Shown: positions 1 through 8,073 of the stretch, one piece after another
Numbering within the stretch: position 1 is the first letter of the stretch
How the letters are laid out: every line of letters starts with the position of its first letter
DNA from: a virus
DNA: 64,000 nucleotides
Strand: one strand, 5' to 3'
IMG/VR virus record: IMGVR_UViG_3300042946_000249
The notes under the pieces: generated by a model
What the model saw: the letters and a program-made list of their open reading frames with translations, nothing else
Database searches by the model: none
Told to the model about the DNA's origin: nothing
Made by a program: the position numbers and the translations under genes

Positions 1-91
1 CTAAACACCCTGTATGGTTCTTGAGGAATCAACGCCACCACAAGGAAATATTCTTTGAGCGTCTCTATGTCATAGATAATTACATTGTCCA

Positions 92-307
92 TTAGTCATC
101 TGTTTTCCAATAGTGATCACATTCTTTCTTCTCCTCATTGTATGGAGGATTAACAAAATACGATTGTCTGTATTCGTTAGGCTTGGCTGTATATCTATAA
201 CAGTCTTCCTTTAGAGGACAATCTTTGCCTTCGCACATTGTTATGTCTGGCATACTATTTCTTTTTAGCGGCTTTCTTCTTCTTAGGTTTCTGCTCACTA
301 GCTTCAA
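92..307 (-). CDS. hypothetical small Cys-rich protein; true start may be the internal Met at 253, which would abut the upstream gene
   Basis: ORF track; CxxxC...C...C pattern; overlaps 255..581 unless the internal Met is used. Confidence 0.3.
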   Translation of the reverse strand: MKLVSRNLRRRKPLKRNSMPDITMCEGKDCPLKEDCYRYTAKPNEYRQSYFVNPPYNEEKKECDHYWKTDD

Positions 308-581
308 GAACCACCTTAATAGCTATTCCCATCATTTGTCTAAATGTGTTATTCTCATCATCATTGTCCATAAGACAAGCAAGAGCTGCTATTAATGTTT
401 GAGGGTCACCTTTTGTTTTCACTGTACACTCTTCTTCAGCATTACATATAATGGTGAGGCGTGCTACTTCTTTTGGATCTTTTTTTTCTGGCATTTGATT
501 AATTTTAAAAGCCCACCCCTGATATGAGGTGGGCTCAAATTTACTTAAATTTACGCAAGCGAACAACTTTTTTGTAATCAT
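255..581 (-). CDS. hypothetical protein with Lys-rich C-terminal tail (EQKPKKKKAAKKK), possibly nucleic-acid binding
   Basis: ORF track; same strand as neighbours; basic tail. Confidence 0.4.
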   Translation of the reverse strand: MITKKLFACVNLSKFEPTSYQGWAFKINQMPEKKDPKEVARLTIICNAEEECTVKTKGDPQTLIAALACLMDNDDENNTFRQMMGIAIKVVLEASEQKPKKKKAAKKK

Positions 582-750
582 CCGAAGGACAATAATACAT
601 CTTGTTATTCTCTACAACAAGTCTATTAGTTCTCTTACGTGTGAATATGGCTTCTATGAGTTTGTTGACATTTGGATTGTCACAATCATCAGAGTAAACC
701 AATGGTCTTACTGGGCTCCATGAGGAGCGGTACACGAGGGTTGCTGCCAT
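541..750 (-). CDS. hypothetical 69-aa protein
   Basis: ORF track; co-oriented with the leftward gene block. Confidence 0.3.
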   Translation of the reverse strand: MAATLVYRSSWSPVRPLVYSDDCDNPNVNKLIEAIFTRKRTNRLVVENNKMYYCPSDDYKKVVRLRKFK

Positions 751-774
751 AAGTGTGTATGCTTTTATATGTGA

Positions 775-1137
775 TTAGAAATAGATGCGAATATGATCAT
801 CATACATTTCTACCTTCCTACCTACGATTGCAGGAGCAGTGTTGACAACTTGCTCTGTTTCAACAGCTGTAGGAACAGTTTCAACAGATATTGTGTCAAC
901 AATAGCAACATCAGCATTAACAGTAGCAACATTATTCTTTTCTACTGTTGGTTTAGCTTTTCTCTTAATCATGTATGTATGCGCTGCTACATAATACAAC
1001 TTGGTCAACATTTGCTTTTCAGTTACATTGTGCTTTGGAGCTAAGCGTTTTGCAAGTTCTTTGATCTTGATTCCATTACGCAGCTCTCTTTTGATTTCTG
1101 TAATTTCTGCTGTCTTAAAAATGCTTCTCCTTGACAT
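775..1137 (-). CDS. hypothetical protein with N-terminal HTH-like segment (IKIKELAKRLAPKHNVTEKQM)
   Basis: ORF track; motif reading only. Confidence 0.4.
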   Translation of the reverse strand: MSRRSIFKTAEITEIKRELRNGIKIKELAKRLAPKHNVTEKQMLTKLYYVAAHTYMIKRKAKPTVEKNNVATVNADVAIVDTISVETVPTAVETEQVVNTAPAIVGRKVEMYDDHIRIYF

Positions 1138-1168
1138 GTGCTTTGATTTTTATTTGTGATTTAATTGG

Positions 1169-1741
1169 TTACCAGATTTCAAATCCTCCACATTTACGGA
1201 GGAATGTTACGAAGTTTGTTACGTGATACAGAGGAGCGCTGTGTGCTGGAAATGCTAATGTACCATCATCAGCCACCACCCCATTATAAAGAATGGTGCC
1301 TATTGGATAGTCTTGGTTAAGCTTTTCTGTCCTATTAGGACCAATAAAGCTACCATTTGCTGTACCCCATGCACCCAAGCATAGATAGAATCTATCATCC
1401 TCATCATGCATATTGGCATTGTTGAGGATCATAAATGCCTCAATAGCATCAGCCAGCATGTCACAATCCTCCTGTGTCTTCAAGCCACTACCACTATTCT
1501 CACCCCAACCTCTTGTATCAAAAGGAAGCTCTGTAGCATGTATAGCCATGTCAGCTATTGCATGAATTGGTCTCCAGCCCCACCAATTACTCCTGAAATA
1601 CACACCAGGATTATTACTATGAAATAGGTCCATAGAGTTAAAATACTGGCTTTTTTCATAATCTGTGGCTGTCTCCCAGTTTGGTTCTTTTGGGCGATCC
1701 CCAACTATTTGAGGATTTATCCCAGCAATGTCTACTCCCAT
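1169..1741 (-). CDS. hypothetical 190-aa protein
   Basis: ORF track; no recognisable motif. Confidence 0.5.
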   Translation of the reverse strand: MGVDIAGINPQIVGDRPKEPNWETATDYEKSQYFNSMDLFHSNNPGVYFRSNWWGWRPIHAIADMAIHATELPFDTRGWGENSGSGLKTQEDCDMLADAIEAFMILNNANMHDEDDRFYLCLGAWGTANGSFIGPNRTEKLNQDYPIGTILYNGVVADDGTLAFPAHSAPLYHVTNFVTFLRKCGGFEIW

Positions 1742-1929
1742 AATTGATTTTTTAACTTTGAATAATCTTCCATCATTTGATTTGCTCTCATTATCCCACT
1801 TCTATCAATAGATAGTCTACCAACATGGAGGTCTCTCATCCATGTATGGAATTTGGGATCTAATTGTGTCTGTGCTCTTTCAGCCTCAATCTCTTGAAGC
1901 CTCTCTAATGTAATGTGCTCTAAGTTCAT
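1732..1929 (-). CDS. hypothetical 65-aa protein (track ORF 1732..2118 trimmed to the internal Met 'MNLEHITLERLQE')
   Basis: The 5' part of the track ORF overlaps 1946..2536 in another frame and is Met/Lys-rich junk; the internal start removes the overlap. Confidence 0.35.
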   Translation of the reverse strand: MNLEHITLERLQEIEAERAQTQLDPKFHTWMRDLHVGRLSIDRSGIMRANQMMEDYSKLKNQLWE

Positions 1930-1945
1930 ATGCTTTTTGTTAGTG

Positions 1946-2536
1946 TTAAGAATTGTCGTCCATATCTGAATCATCATCTTCTTCATCATAATATATTTCT
2001 CCTTCTCCTTTACATACAGGACAGGCTGTGTCTGGTGTAGCACCATATCCTGACCCATTACAATGGTGACATAACCAAGGACCTTCGTCATCATCCTCAT
2101 CCTCATATTCTTCATCATACATCCCTGGAATGGTCATGGTTATCTTGCCTGCGTATAGAATAGGGTTGATTTCCTCCTCATGGGCAAAGTCCCACTCATC
2201 TATCTCAACATCCACATATCCATCCCATTCTGTCAGGAGGAAGTTAACATCACTAAGTTCAACATCTCTGAGTTCATCAATATGGTCACCCTCATCCCAC
2301 CAGCCTATTTCATGCGGTTCAGCAAGCACCTGTTCATCATAAATCAAATAAGGCTCGACGGGTGCACCATGTATAACAATAAACTCTTCCAATGTCTCCC
2401 TAGGAAACTTGTCCAAGGCCCACACTTCTGTATATTCTTTTCGTGTGCCTGGATTAATCTTTGTAATGAACCACATGCCTATCTCTAATTGTTTGGGCAT
2501 GTAGCTTTTGAGTACAAGTTCGACGGTCTGATGCAT
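1946..2536 (-). CDS. highly acidic protein with C-terminal DnaJ-type zinc finger (CHHCNGSG ... CPVCKGEG)
   Basis: Two CxxCxGxG motifs; long Asp/Glu runs (DEEYEDEDDDEG, YYDEEDDDSDMDDNS). Confidence 0.55.
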   Translation of the reverse strand: MHQTVELVLKSYMPKQLEIGMWFITKINPGTRKEYTEVWALDKFPRETLEEFIVIHGAPVEPYLIYDEQVLAEPHEIGWWDEGDHIDELRDVELSDVNFLLTEWDGYVDVEIDEWDFAHEEEINPILYAGKITMTIPGMYDEEYEDEDDDEGPWLCHHCNGSGYGATPDTACPVCKGEGEIYYDEEDDDSDMDDNS

Positions 2537-2538
2537 AA

Positions 2539-2754
2539 CTATTTGTTTTGCAGGTGTTTCTTAATATCTACTTCCTTGAATGTACGCTTCTGTGGACTAG
2601 CTGCACCCATAGGATCTTGTGTATTATCTACACGAACGCATTCGTACAGACCATCTCCTAAGTGCTTCACTACCTTCCAAGCTTGATATAAAGAGCCACC
2701 AGATGTGCCAGCTTCATACCTTTCAATGTGTTTTCTAAAGATTGTTCCTACCAT
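2539..2754 (-). CDS. hypothetical 71-aa protein (track ORF 2539..2877 trimmed to the internal Met 'MVGTIFRK')
   Basis: The trimmed start avoids overlap with 2774..3043. Confidence 0.3.
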   Translation of the reverse strand: MVGTIFRKHIERYEAGTSGGSLYQAWKVVKHLGDGLYECVRVDNTQDPMGAASPQKRTFKEVDIKKHLQNK

Positions 2755-2773
2755 AATTGTGCATTTTAAAGGA

Positions 2774-3043
2774 TTATTGTTGTTCAGATTTTCTTTTTGG
2801 TGTGTGATAGTATTTCTTGAGCCATTCAAATGGCTTGAGTGCGTTGGTGAACGGACCACCAAACACAGGATATTCATCCTTCATATACTCTTCCTCAATA
2901 TCATCCCACGGATCATATTGGTCAAAGAATTCACCACACTCATTACACAACACATTTATAACTGGCATATGCTTTTGAGCGTAGTCATAATTGAAGTGGA
3001 AGTTCTCTTTCTCTCCACACTGAGGGCAAATTGTCTGTTTCAT
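2774..3043 (-). CDS. zinc-ribbon protein (CPQCG ... CNECG) with acidic C-terminal half
   Basis: Two CxxC pairs 30 aa apart. Confidence 0.5.
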   Translation of the reverse strand: MKQTICPQCGEKENFHFNYDYAQKHMPVINVLCNECGEFFDQYDPWDDIEEEYMKDEYPVFGGPFTNALKPFEWLKKYYHTPKRKSEQQ

Positions 3044-3059
3044 AACTTCTGTGTTTGGA

Positions 3060-3460
3060 CGTGTTTTAGTTCCTGATTTGGCCGTTTATCGCTCATTTAT
3101 GCCTTACCAAAACCCATTTATCGCTCACATATGAGCGATAATGTCCGTTATAACGGACAAAAATGAGCTATAATGTGCATTATATAGCACATTTGTTGTG
3201 CACTTTATACCCTTCCGCATATAAAATCACATGATTGTGCAATATTATACCCTTTAGCGTATAAAAATCACAGAATAAGTGTCAAATTGGTGATATATTT
3301 CCAATTTACGTCATTTATAACGTGAAACTGGTGTCTCAAAGGCCTGATTGGAAATATATTTCCACTTTTACGTACGTAAAAATGTGCTCAAGCTACACTT
3401 TTACGAACATAAAAATGGAACAGCCCATATTTCAGGACTGTTCCAGAGTTACAGCACTTA
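3060..3460. promoter_or_regulatory. control region dense in perfect palindromes and direct repeats
   Basis: Perfect palindromes: 24 nt TTATCGCTCACATATGAGCGATAA (3118-3141), 16 nt GTCCGTTATAACGGAC (3143-3158), 16 nt TGGAAATATATTTCCA (3349-3364), 16 nt TTTTACGTACGTAAAA (3366-3381). Direct repeats: TTATCGCTCA x2 plus one inverted copy; about 27-nt repeat TTATACCCTTnnGCrTATAAAAaTCACA at 3204-3230 and 3246-3273; ATATATTTCCAnTTTaCGT x2-3. Confidence 0.6.
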
Positions 3461-3752
3461 GTAACCCAACCCTTCGAGTTCATATGCACTAGCCTCAACG
3501 ATTATATTACCGTGAGACACTGTGTACATAAATATTATTTGCATGTGATTGGCAAGCTTTTGAAACAGCTTGAACTCTGTGGGCGTAAATGTGAGCTTTT
3601 TCATTTTTGAAGGATTTATTGTGTTGATTAATAAGGACGATTTGCTTTGCGTACCACCTGTTCCCAGGTCATTCTACCCTTGCAGCCATACCCTGTGGTC
3701 CTGCAAGACGACATAAATATAGCAATAACTGCTAATAGTAATAACTTTCTCA

Positions 3753-3902
3753 TTAGTCTATAATGTTTAATAGGTCAGCAATAGATTCCATGCACTCATC
3801 GAAGTATTTAGCGTCCCACATAATGACAGACACTAATGCATTCCATATCATAACAGGAAAACATGCAGCCAAAGAGACAGCATAATAAATAATCTTGAAC
3901 AT
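3753..3902 (-). CDS. small (49 aa) single-TM protein MFKIIYYAVSLAACFPVMIWNALVSVIMWDAKYF..., not in the ORF track (<60 aa)
   Basis: Hand translation of the reverse strand; one hydrophobic helix. Confidence 0.3.
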   Translation of the reverse strand: MFKIIYYAVSLAACFPVMIWNALVSVIMWDAKYFDECMESIADLLNIID

Positions 3903-3916
3903 AATCTATTGATTTT

Positions 3917-3960
3917 TAATTAGTTAATAAAAAGAGGGGCCAGGATAGACATCCAGCCCC
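3917..3960 (-). terminator. intrinsic terminator for leftward transcription
   Basis: GGGGCCAGGAT-agac-ATCCAGCCCC stem; on the minus strand it is followed by UCUUUUUAUU. Confidence 0.5.
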
Positions 3961-4194
3961 GTTCTGATGCTTGCCATAATATCTTTAACACCCTAATTTA
4001 TCCAACTTACAGGTGTTGTGGCTGTCCCTATTGCTAGGTTAGGAATAGTCATTCGTCCTCACGAGGTCAAGCTGACTGGCTTAGGTGTTCTCCCTATACA
4101 CCAATGTACGTTCCCATATGGCTATCACACCATTTCTCATCATATTGGGTATACTATCTGTGGATTATACAGAACGTATCTTGAAAGAGCCCTG

Positions 4195-4428
4195 TTACAG
4201 GCTCCTATTGTTCCATATTCTGTACACAGCCTCATCATACCTCACCAAATGTCTTTTTCTAATACCAGCCCTTGACTCATGCAAGAAGCCCATTGTATAT
4301 ATACAAAGACACTCAACCATATGATCAACAGACATATAACTTGTCTGATTGATAAGACGTGTAATCTCATTGTCTGGAAGTGTATTAATAACAACTCCCT
4401 TAGGAATACCAATTGTTGCTAATTGCAT
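4195..4428 (-). CDS. hypothetical 77-aa protein
   Basis: ORF track; co-oriented. Confidence 0.3.
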   Translation of the reverse strand: MQLATIGIPKGVVINTLPDNEITRLINQTSYMSVDHMVECLCIYTMGFLHESRAGIRKRHLVRYDEAVYRIWNNRSL

Positions 4429-4621
4429 GGCTATATGCTTTAAATGGTTAGTTAATGCTATATTTATTCTCTAATGTTTTGATTCACCTAGTTACCAATT
4501 TACCCCTCAAAAGTGTCTATGGGTCACACACCATCTCTCTAACTCACAGAGAATCAATGTGTTATGCTCTGAATTTATCCTACACCCACCCAAGGAATGG
4601 TGCATTCCCCACCCTTATATA

Positions 4622-4660
4622 TAATAAGGAAGAGAGTCCTCCAATTAAGGAAGACTCTCT
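4622..4660 (-). terminator. hairpin terminator 8 nt downstream of gene 4668..5072
   Basis: AGAGAGTC (4631-4638) / GACTCTCT (4653-4660) 8-bp stem, then a U/A-rich tract on the minus strand. Confidence 0.4.
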
Positions 4661-4667
4661 GTGTTTG

Positions 4668-5072
4668 TTAGAAGCTTGCGTTAGCAAGAGCGTTGATTGC
4701 TGACTCGCTGAGGCCTGCTGTGCTTGCCTGTGTGCGAATCTCTTGTTGAATCTCGATGTCCAACAATGCACTATCAGCGTGTGCTTGCTTGATTTCTTCG
4801 CGTGTCTTGAATGCACTGAGTGCTGTAAGACGACCTGCTGTAACAGCAACACCATTAGCGTCAACCAATGGTTTACCATTAGCGTCAAGTTGACCAATCT
4901 CTTTCATTGTACCAATGGTATAGAATGGGAACTTAACATCTTCTGGTTTAGCCCAACCCAATGCTTGCATTTGGCGTCCGAAGATGTGAACTCTCTCACC
5001 TAACGCTGTGTAGCCTGAGAAGTTACCGTTTGCTGTGAATGACCCGTTGTTGATGACATAATTCTTGTTCAT
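4668..5072 (-). CDS. hypothetical 134-aa protein
   Basis: ORF track; flanked by its own terminator and an upstream repeat motif. Confidence 0.5.
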   Translation of the reverse strand: MNKNYVINNGSFTANGNFSGYTALGERVHIFGRQMQALGWAKPEDVKFPFYTIGTMKEIGQLDANGKPLVDANGVAVTAGRLTALSAFKTREEIKQAHADSALLDIEIQQEIRTQASTAGLSESAINALANASF

Positions 5073-5143
5073 CTGTTTTGATTTTTATTGTTAATAATAA
5101 AGAGACAATGTGTATAAGAGGATTTGGGACGGAATGATTTGGT

Positions 5144-5167
5144 AAAAAAAGGGCACAAAGGCCCTTT
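5144..5167 (-). terminator. intrinsic terminator (hairpin flanked by A7 and T-rich runs; could act bidirectionally) immediately after gene 5169..5372
   Basis: AAAAAAAGGGC-acaaag-GCCCTTTATT; on the minus strand the stem is followed by UUUUUUU. Confidence 0.5.
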
Positions 5168-5168
5168 A

Positions 5169-5372
5169 TTACCTATTCTCTTCCATCATTCTACCATGAG
5201 CGTGTTCCCACTCTTCCTCTTTAATCATCTTTATTCTGTAAAGAATAATAGTGTCAATGGCTGACTTATCCTCTGTGGTGATGATTCCTCTATACTCTAG
5301 TTGTATGGTCCAGAGTAGTTCGAATAATTTTTCTGTGGCTGCTTTCATGTTATTTGTGTTTTGATTAAGCAA
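5169..5372 (-). CDS. hypothetical 67-aa protein
   Basis: ORF track; terminator directly downstream. Confidence 0.4.
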   Translation of the reverse strand: MLNQNTNNMKAATEKLFELLWTIQLEYRGIITTEDKSAIDTIILYRIKMIKEEEWEHAHGRMMEENR

Positions 5373-5754
5373 TAAGACTTTCCCAATGACTACTGTTCAA
5401 CACTGTATCAATCCTCACGATGTGCTTCTGTTCTGTTGGTTTAGCATAGATTTTCTGTGTCACCTTGCTTAACCTATTAGTAATCAACATGTTACCATTA
5501 TTCTCCATCTTAACATGCACTTTCTCAAGGTTGAGAAGGCTAATTGGAAGAATAATGATTGGCAGTCCTGTTGACTCTTGAATAACAACCTCACAATCAC
5601 TCACCTTCTTATCCAAGCCTAGCATCTTCCATGAGCCTATCATGTAAGGATTGACAAAGAAATGTGTTATCCTGTCCAAAGGATTAACAACCTGATTACT
5701 GTTGAAATCGTAGAAGAATTCCATAACAATGATATGGTTGCCTGTACACCACAA
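5365..5754 (-). CDS. hypothetical 129-aa protein
   Basis: ORF track. Confidence 0.5.
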   Translation of the reverse strand: MWCTGNHIIVMEFFYDFNSNQVVNPLDRITHFFVNPYMIGSWKMLGLDKKVSDCEVVIQESTGLPIIILPISLLNLEKVHVKMENNGNMLITNRLSKVTQKIYAKPTEQKHIVRIDTVLNSSHWESLIA

Positions 5755-5924
5755 GGTTTTAGTTATTTAAATTGAGAGATTGTGATTGGTTTCTTCGTAT
5801 CTTTCTACAGGCACGCCTGCTTCCTCTCTATCGCTGTTTTGCAGCTCACGAGGCTAATCAACCACTATCTCTCAAATTGTGCAAAAGGATTTGGGACGGA
5901 ATGGGAATCAAGGGAATTACACCC

Positions 5925-6095
5925 TTAGAGTTCTGCCTTTGGGAAGTATTTGAGAACGTGTTCTACGCTATCAAACCCATCACCTGACAGTGTACCATCT
6001 GCCTTAATCAGTGTGTACATCCCATCCTCTCTAAGAAACAAGAAAGGGTATTCTCTATCGTTGGTGGCGAACAGTGCCTTACGATACTTGTCCAT
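5925..6095 (-). CDS. small 56-aa protein MDKYRKALFATNDREYPFLFLREDGMYTLIKADG..., not in the track
   Basis: Hand translation; replaces the antisense track ORF 5772..5987. Confidence 0.3.
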   Translation of the reverse strand: MDKYRKALFATNDREYPFLFLREDGMYTLIKADGTLSGDGFDSVEHVLKYFPKAEL

Positions 6096-6670
6096 AACTT
6101 ATTGGTTTAAAATGTTTTAAGAAAAATGAGACAGTTTTATGACTTGTCTTAGGTCTTGTGCCTGCTAAGGCTGTTTTAGGTATTACGTGCAAAAGCAATA
6201 ATGCACAACCTGTAATTGAGTTGCATTGTTGAGTGGATTTGTTAGTGGGGGTACCCCCAACCGCTCAAAGTGTACTGGGGGGTTTGAGATGGAGTACCCT
6301 CCCCTCCCATGCACATGATAGGTTTTTGGGTGTAGGGGGGATGTTTCACGTGGAACAATGTATGGGGGGATAGTAAACCTATAGGTTTACATATGGGGGT
6401 GTTTTGTCAAGCTATAGGTTTACAAAAAAATTTTGTTGGTTATATGGAGGATGTCTTGTAACTTTGGGGCGGAGGGTGGGTTAGGAGAATGATACATCCT
6501 AGGGACAGATAGTCAATTGATGGGGATGAGTGGTGAACGGATGACTCATGAGCTAAGAATATAAGAATGGGGAAGGTGTATCTGGTTGAAAAAAAGGATA
6601 TAATATAGCAATAGGTTAAAAGATTGTATTTGAATATGTTAGAATAACCCCCTATCTTTGTAACAACTAT
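6096..6670. promoter_or_regulatory. non-coding G-tract and palindrome-rich region between the leftward block and the rightward virion block
   Basis: At least 10 runs of G3-7 on the + strand; perfect palindromes GGGGGTACCCCC (6247-6258) and AAACCTATAGGTTT (6375-6388); direct repeat CTATAGGTTTACA (6379-6391 and 6412-6424); three GTAC-centred G/C elements at 6247-6300. Confidence 0.45.
6629..6660 (+). promoter_or_regulatory. candidate Bacteroidota sigmaA-type promoter (TTTG, 20 nt, TAtcTTTG)
   Basis: -33-like TTTG at 6629-6632 and -7 box TATCTTTG at 6653-6660, 10 nt before the ATG at 6671. Confidence 0.3.
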
Positions 6671-7018
6671 ATGACGGTGATATTACAAAAACTGAAGAAA
6701 GAGGAAGCTGACAGCTACAGAGTGGCTGAAAGGTATTACACCATACTTTCTGCAGTGAATGATTTGAAGCTGACACAAAGGGAGATACAGCTCCTTGCCT
6801 TTACAGCTATTAGGGGTAACATCTCCTATGCTAATATACGCAAGGATTTCTGTGACACGTATGGCACCACAAATCCTTCTATAAACAACATCATCTCCAG
6901 GCTGAAGAAGATGGGGGTCTTGGTGAAGGATGGGACAAAGGTGAAGGTGAATCCCAGGATAGTATTAAACTTTGAAAATGACATCACCCTTGAAATCAGA
7001 CTTGTTCACGGACAATAA
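6671..7018 (+). CDS. hypothetical 115-aa protein, first gene of the rightward block
   Basis: ORF track. Confidence 0.5.
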   Translation: MTVILQKLKKEEADSYRVAERYYTILSAVNDLKLTQREIQLLAFTAIRGNISYANIRKDFCDTYGTTNPSINNIISRLKKMGVLVKDGTKVKVNPRIVLNFENDITLEIRLVHGQ

Positions 7019-7436
7019 ACCTGTGAGCCTGTCTGTTAAAGACTGGATCATTAGAAAACTGGCGCCTAAGATGCTGCTTGGTGAGAAAACAATCGAGGCT
7101 GTCATCAATCACCAGTTTCAAGAAGCCAATCTAGCGCTAGCCAAGAATAAGAGCTTGGAAATCAGTGGGTTTGGAAAGTTCTTCTTCAATGATGGGAAGG
7201 CTGTCAAGCAGATGGAGAAATACGAGAGTCAGAAAGCTCTGTTCGAGAGCAGGCTCCTAGACGAAACACTGACAGACCAGAAGAGGAAGTCTTACGAGCT
7301 GAAGCTTCAGATAGCAAAGGATTGCATAAGAGATTTAAAACCAAGAATGTATGCTTTCACAGATTTACGAGGGATGGAGGAACAACCTTCTGCCCCCAGA
7401 GAAACTGAAGACAGCGATATTAGAGACGAGCAATAA
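6972..7436 (+). CDS. possible HU/IHF-like DNA-binding protein; start uncertain (Met at 6972 or a downstream Met)
   Basis: Motif LEISGFGKF resembles the HU/IHF GFGxF signature; the preceding helix (IEAVINHQFQEANLALAKNKSL) fits, but the RNP beta-arm motif is absent. Confidence 0.4.
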   Translation: MKMTSPLKSDLFTDNKPVSLSVKDWIIRKLAPKMLLGEKTIEAVINHQFQEANLALAKNKSLEISGFGKFFFNDGKAVKQMEKYESQKALFESRLLDETLTDQKRKSYELKLQIAKDCIRDLKPRMYAFTDLRGMEEQPSAPRETEDSDIRDEQ

Positions 7437-7641
7437 ACGATTAGCCATCTGTAAGCAGTGTGAATTCCATTCAGCTAACAGAAAAGACTACAAAACCATC
7501 CGTCTTGACGCTCATTGCACCCATTGTGGATGCACTCTGTCTGCTAAAACCAAATGTCTTTCATGTGCCTGTCCATTAGAAAAGTGGTTGGGTGAGGTTA
7601 CGCAAGAACAAGAAGAGCAAATGAAAAAAGATGGAAAATAA
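7351..7641 (+). CDS. Cys-rich zinc-finger protein (CKQC ... CTHCGC ... CLSCAC)
   Basis: ORF track; overlaps the previous gene by 86 nt, so the true start may differ. Confidence 0.4.
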   Translation: MLSQIYEGWRNNLLPPEKLKTAILETSNKRLAICKQCEFHSANRKDYKTIRLDAHCTHCGCTLSAKTKCLSCACPLEKWLGEVTQEQEEQMKKDGK

Positions 7642-7888
7642 CGAAGTGGTATTCAAAAAGATTCCGTTGGAGGTGTTCATAAACATTCTCCAAGACGCTT
7701 GGAACAAGGGGGCAGACTATATTGATATTATAGGAGTGCCTGACCAGGTGCAGGATAACATTGCTGTAGCTATTCGTGAAGAATACATGAATGTCAATCC
7801 TGAGGATGAGTTTGAAGTGGATGTGGAGCTAGAGCATCCTGAGGATGAAAAAGATTTATCAGACGAAGATTTAAACCAACTAATATGA
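7631..7888 (+). CDS. small acidic protein (85 aa)
   Basis: ORF track. Confidence 0.45.
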   Translation: MENNEVVFKKIPLEVFINILQDAWNKGADYIDIIGVPDQVQDNIAVAIREEYMNVNPEDEFEVDVELEHPEDEKDLSDEDLNQLI

Positions 7889-8064
7889 ACCCTGTAGTAG
7901 AAGCATGGATTGTTATTGAGAAGCTGGGGGCACTTGTTGCCACACCAGGCATCTCAGAAGATGTTAAAACCCTGGCCAACGACCAGATCGCTAAGCTTAT
8001 AAAGGACGTGATTACGCCTGGACTAAGTAAGCTCTCTGCAACTTCGGCTGGAATTATAGCCTAA
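7885..8064 (+). CDS. small 59-aa protein MNPVVEAWIVIEKLGALVATPG..., ATGA overlap with the upstream stop; not in the track
   Basis: Hand translation. Confidence 0.35.
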   Translation: MNPVVEAWIVIEKLGALVATPGISEDVKTLANDQIAKLIKDVITPGLSKLSATSAGIIA

Positions 8065-8073
8065 ATTGTAGAT

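Noticed and set aside
1732-2118. Full-length track ORFs 1732..2118 and 2539..2877
   Set aside because: Their 5' portions overlap the upstream genes in different frames with Met/Lys-rich junk. Internal Met starts (1929 and 2754) give non-overlapping genes.
3430-3500. tRNA-like T-loop sequence TTCGAGT near 3468
   Set aside because: The flanks cannot form a T-stem or an acceptor stem, so no cloverleaf is possible.
4018-4324. Plus-strand ORFs 4018..4275, 4085..4324, 4455..4703, 4743..5003 and 5772..5987 in the leftward block
   Set aside because: They lie opposite to the surrounding minus-strand transcription unit and overlap minus-strand genes or terminators. No supporting signals.
5119-5903. 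The 18-nt direct repeats as att-like boundaries of an inserted cassette (moron) or mobile element
   Set aside because: No integrase, transposase or target-site features. Both copies sit in equivalent promoter-proximal positions upstream of genes, so a regulatory site is more parsimonious. It is kept as a low-interest finding.
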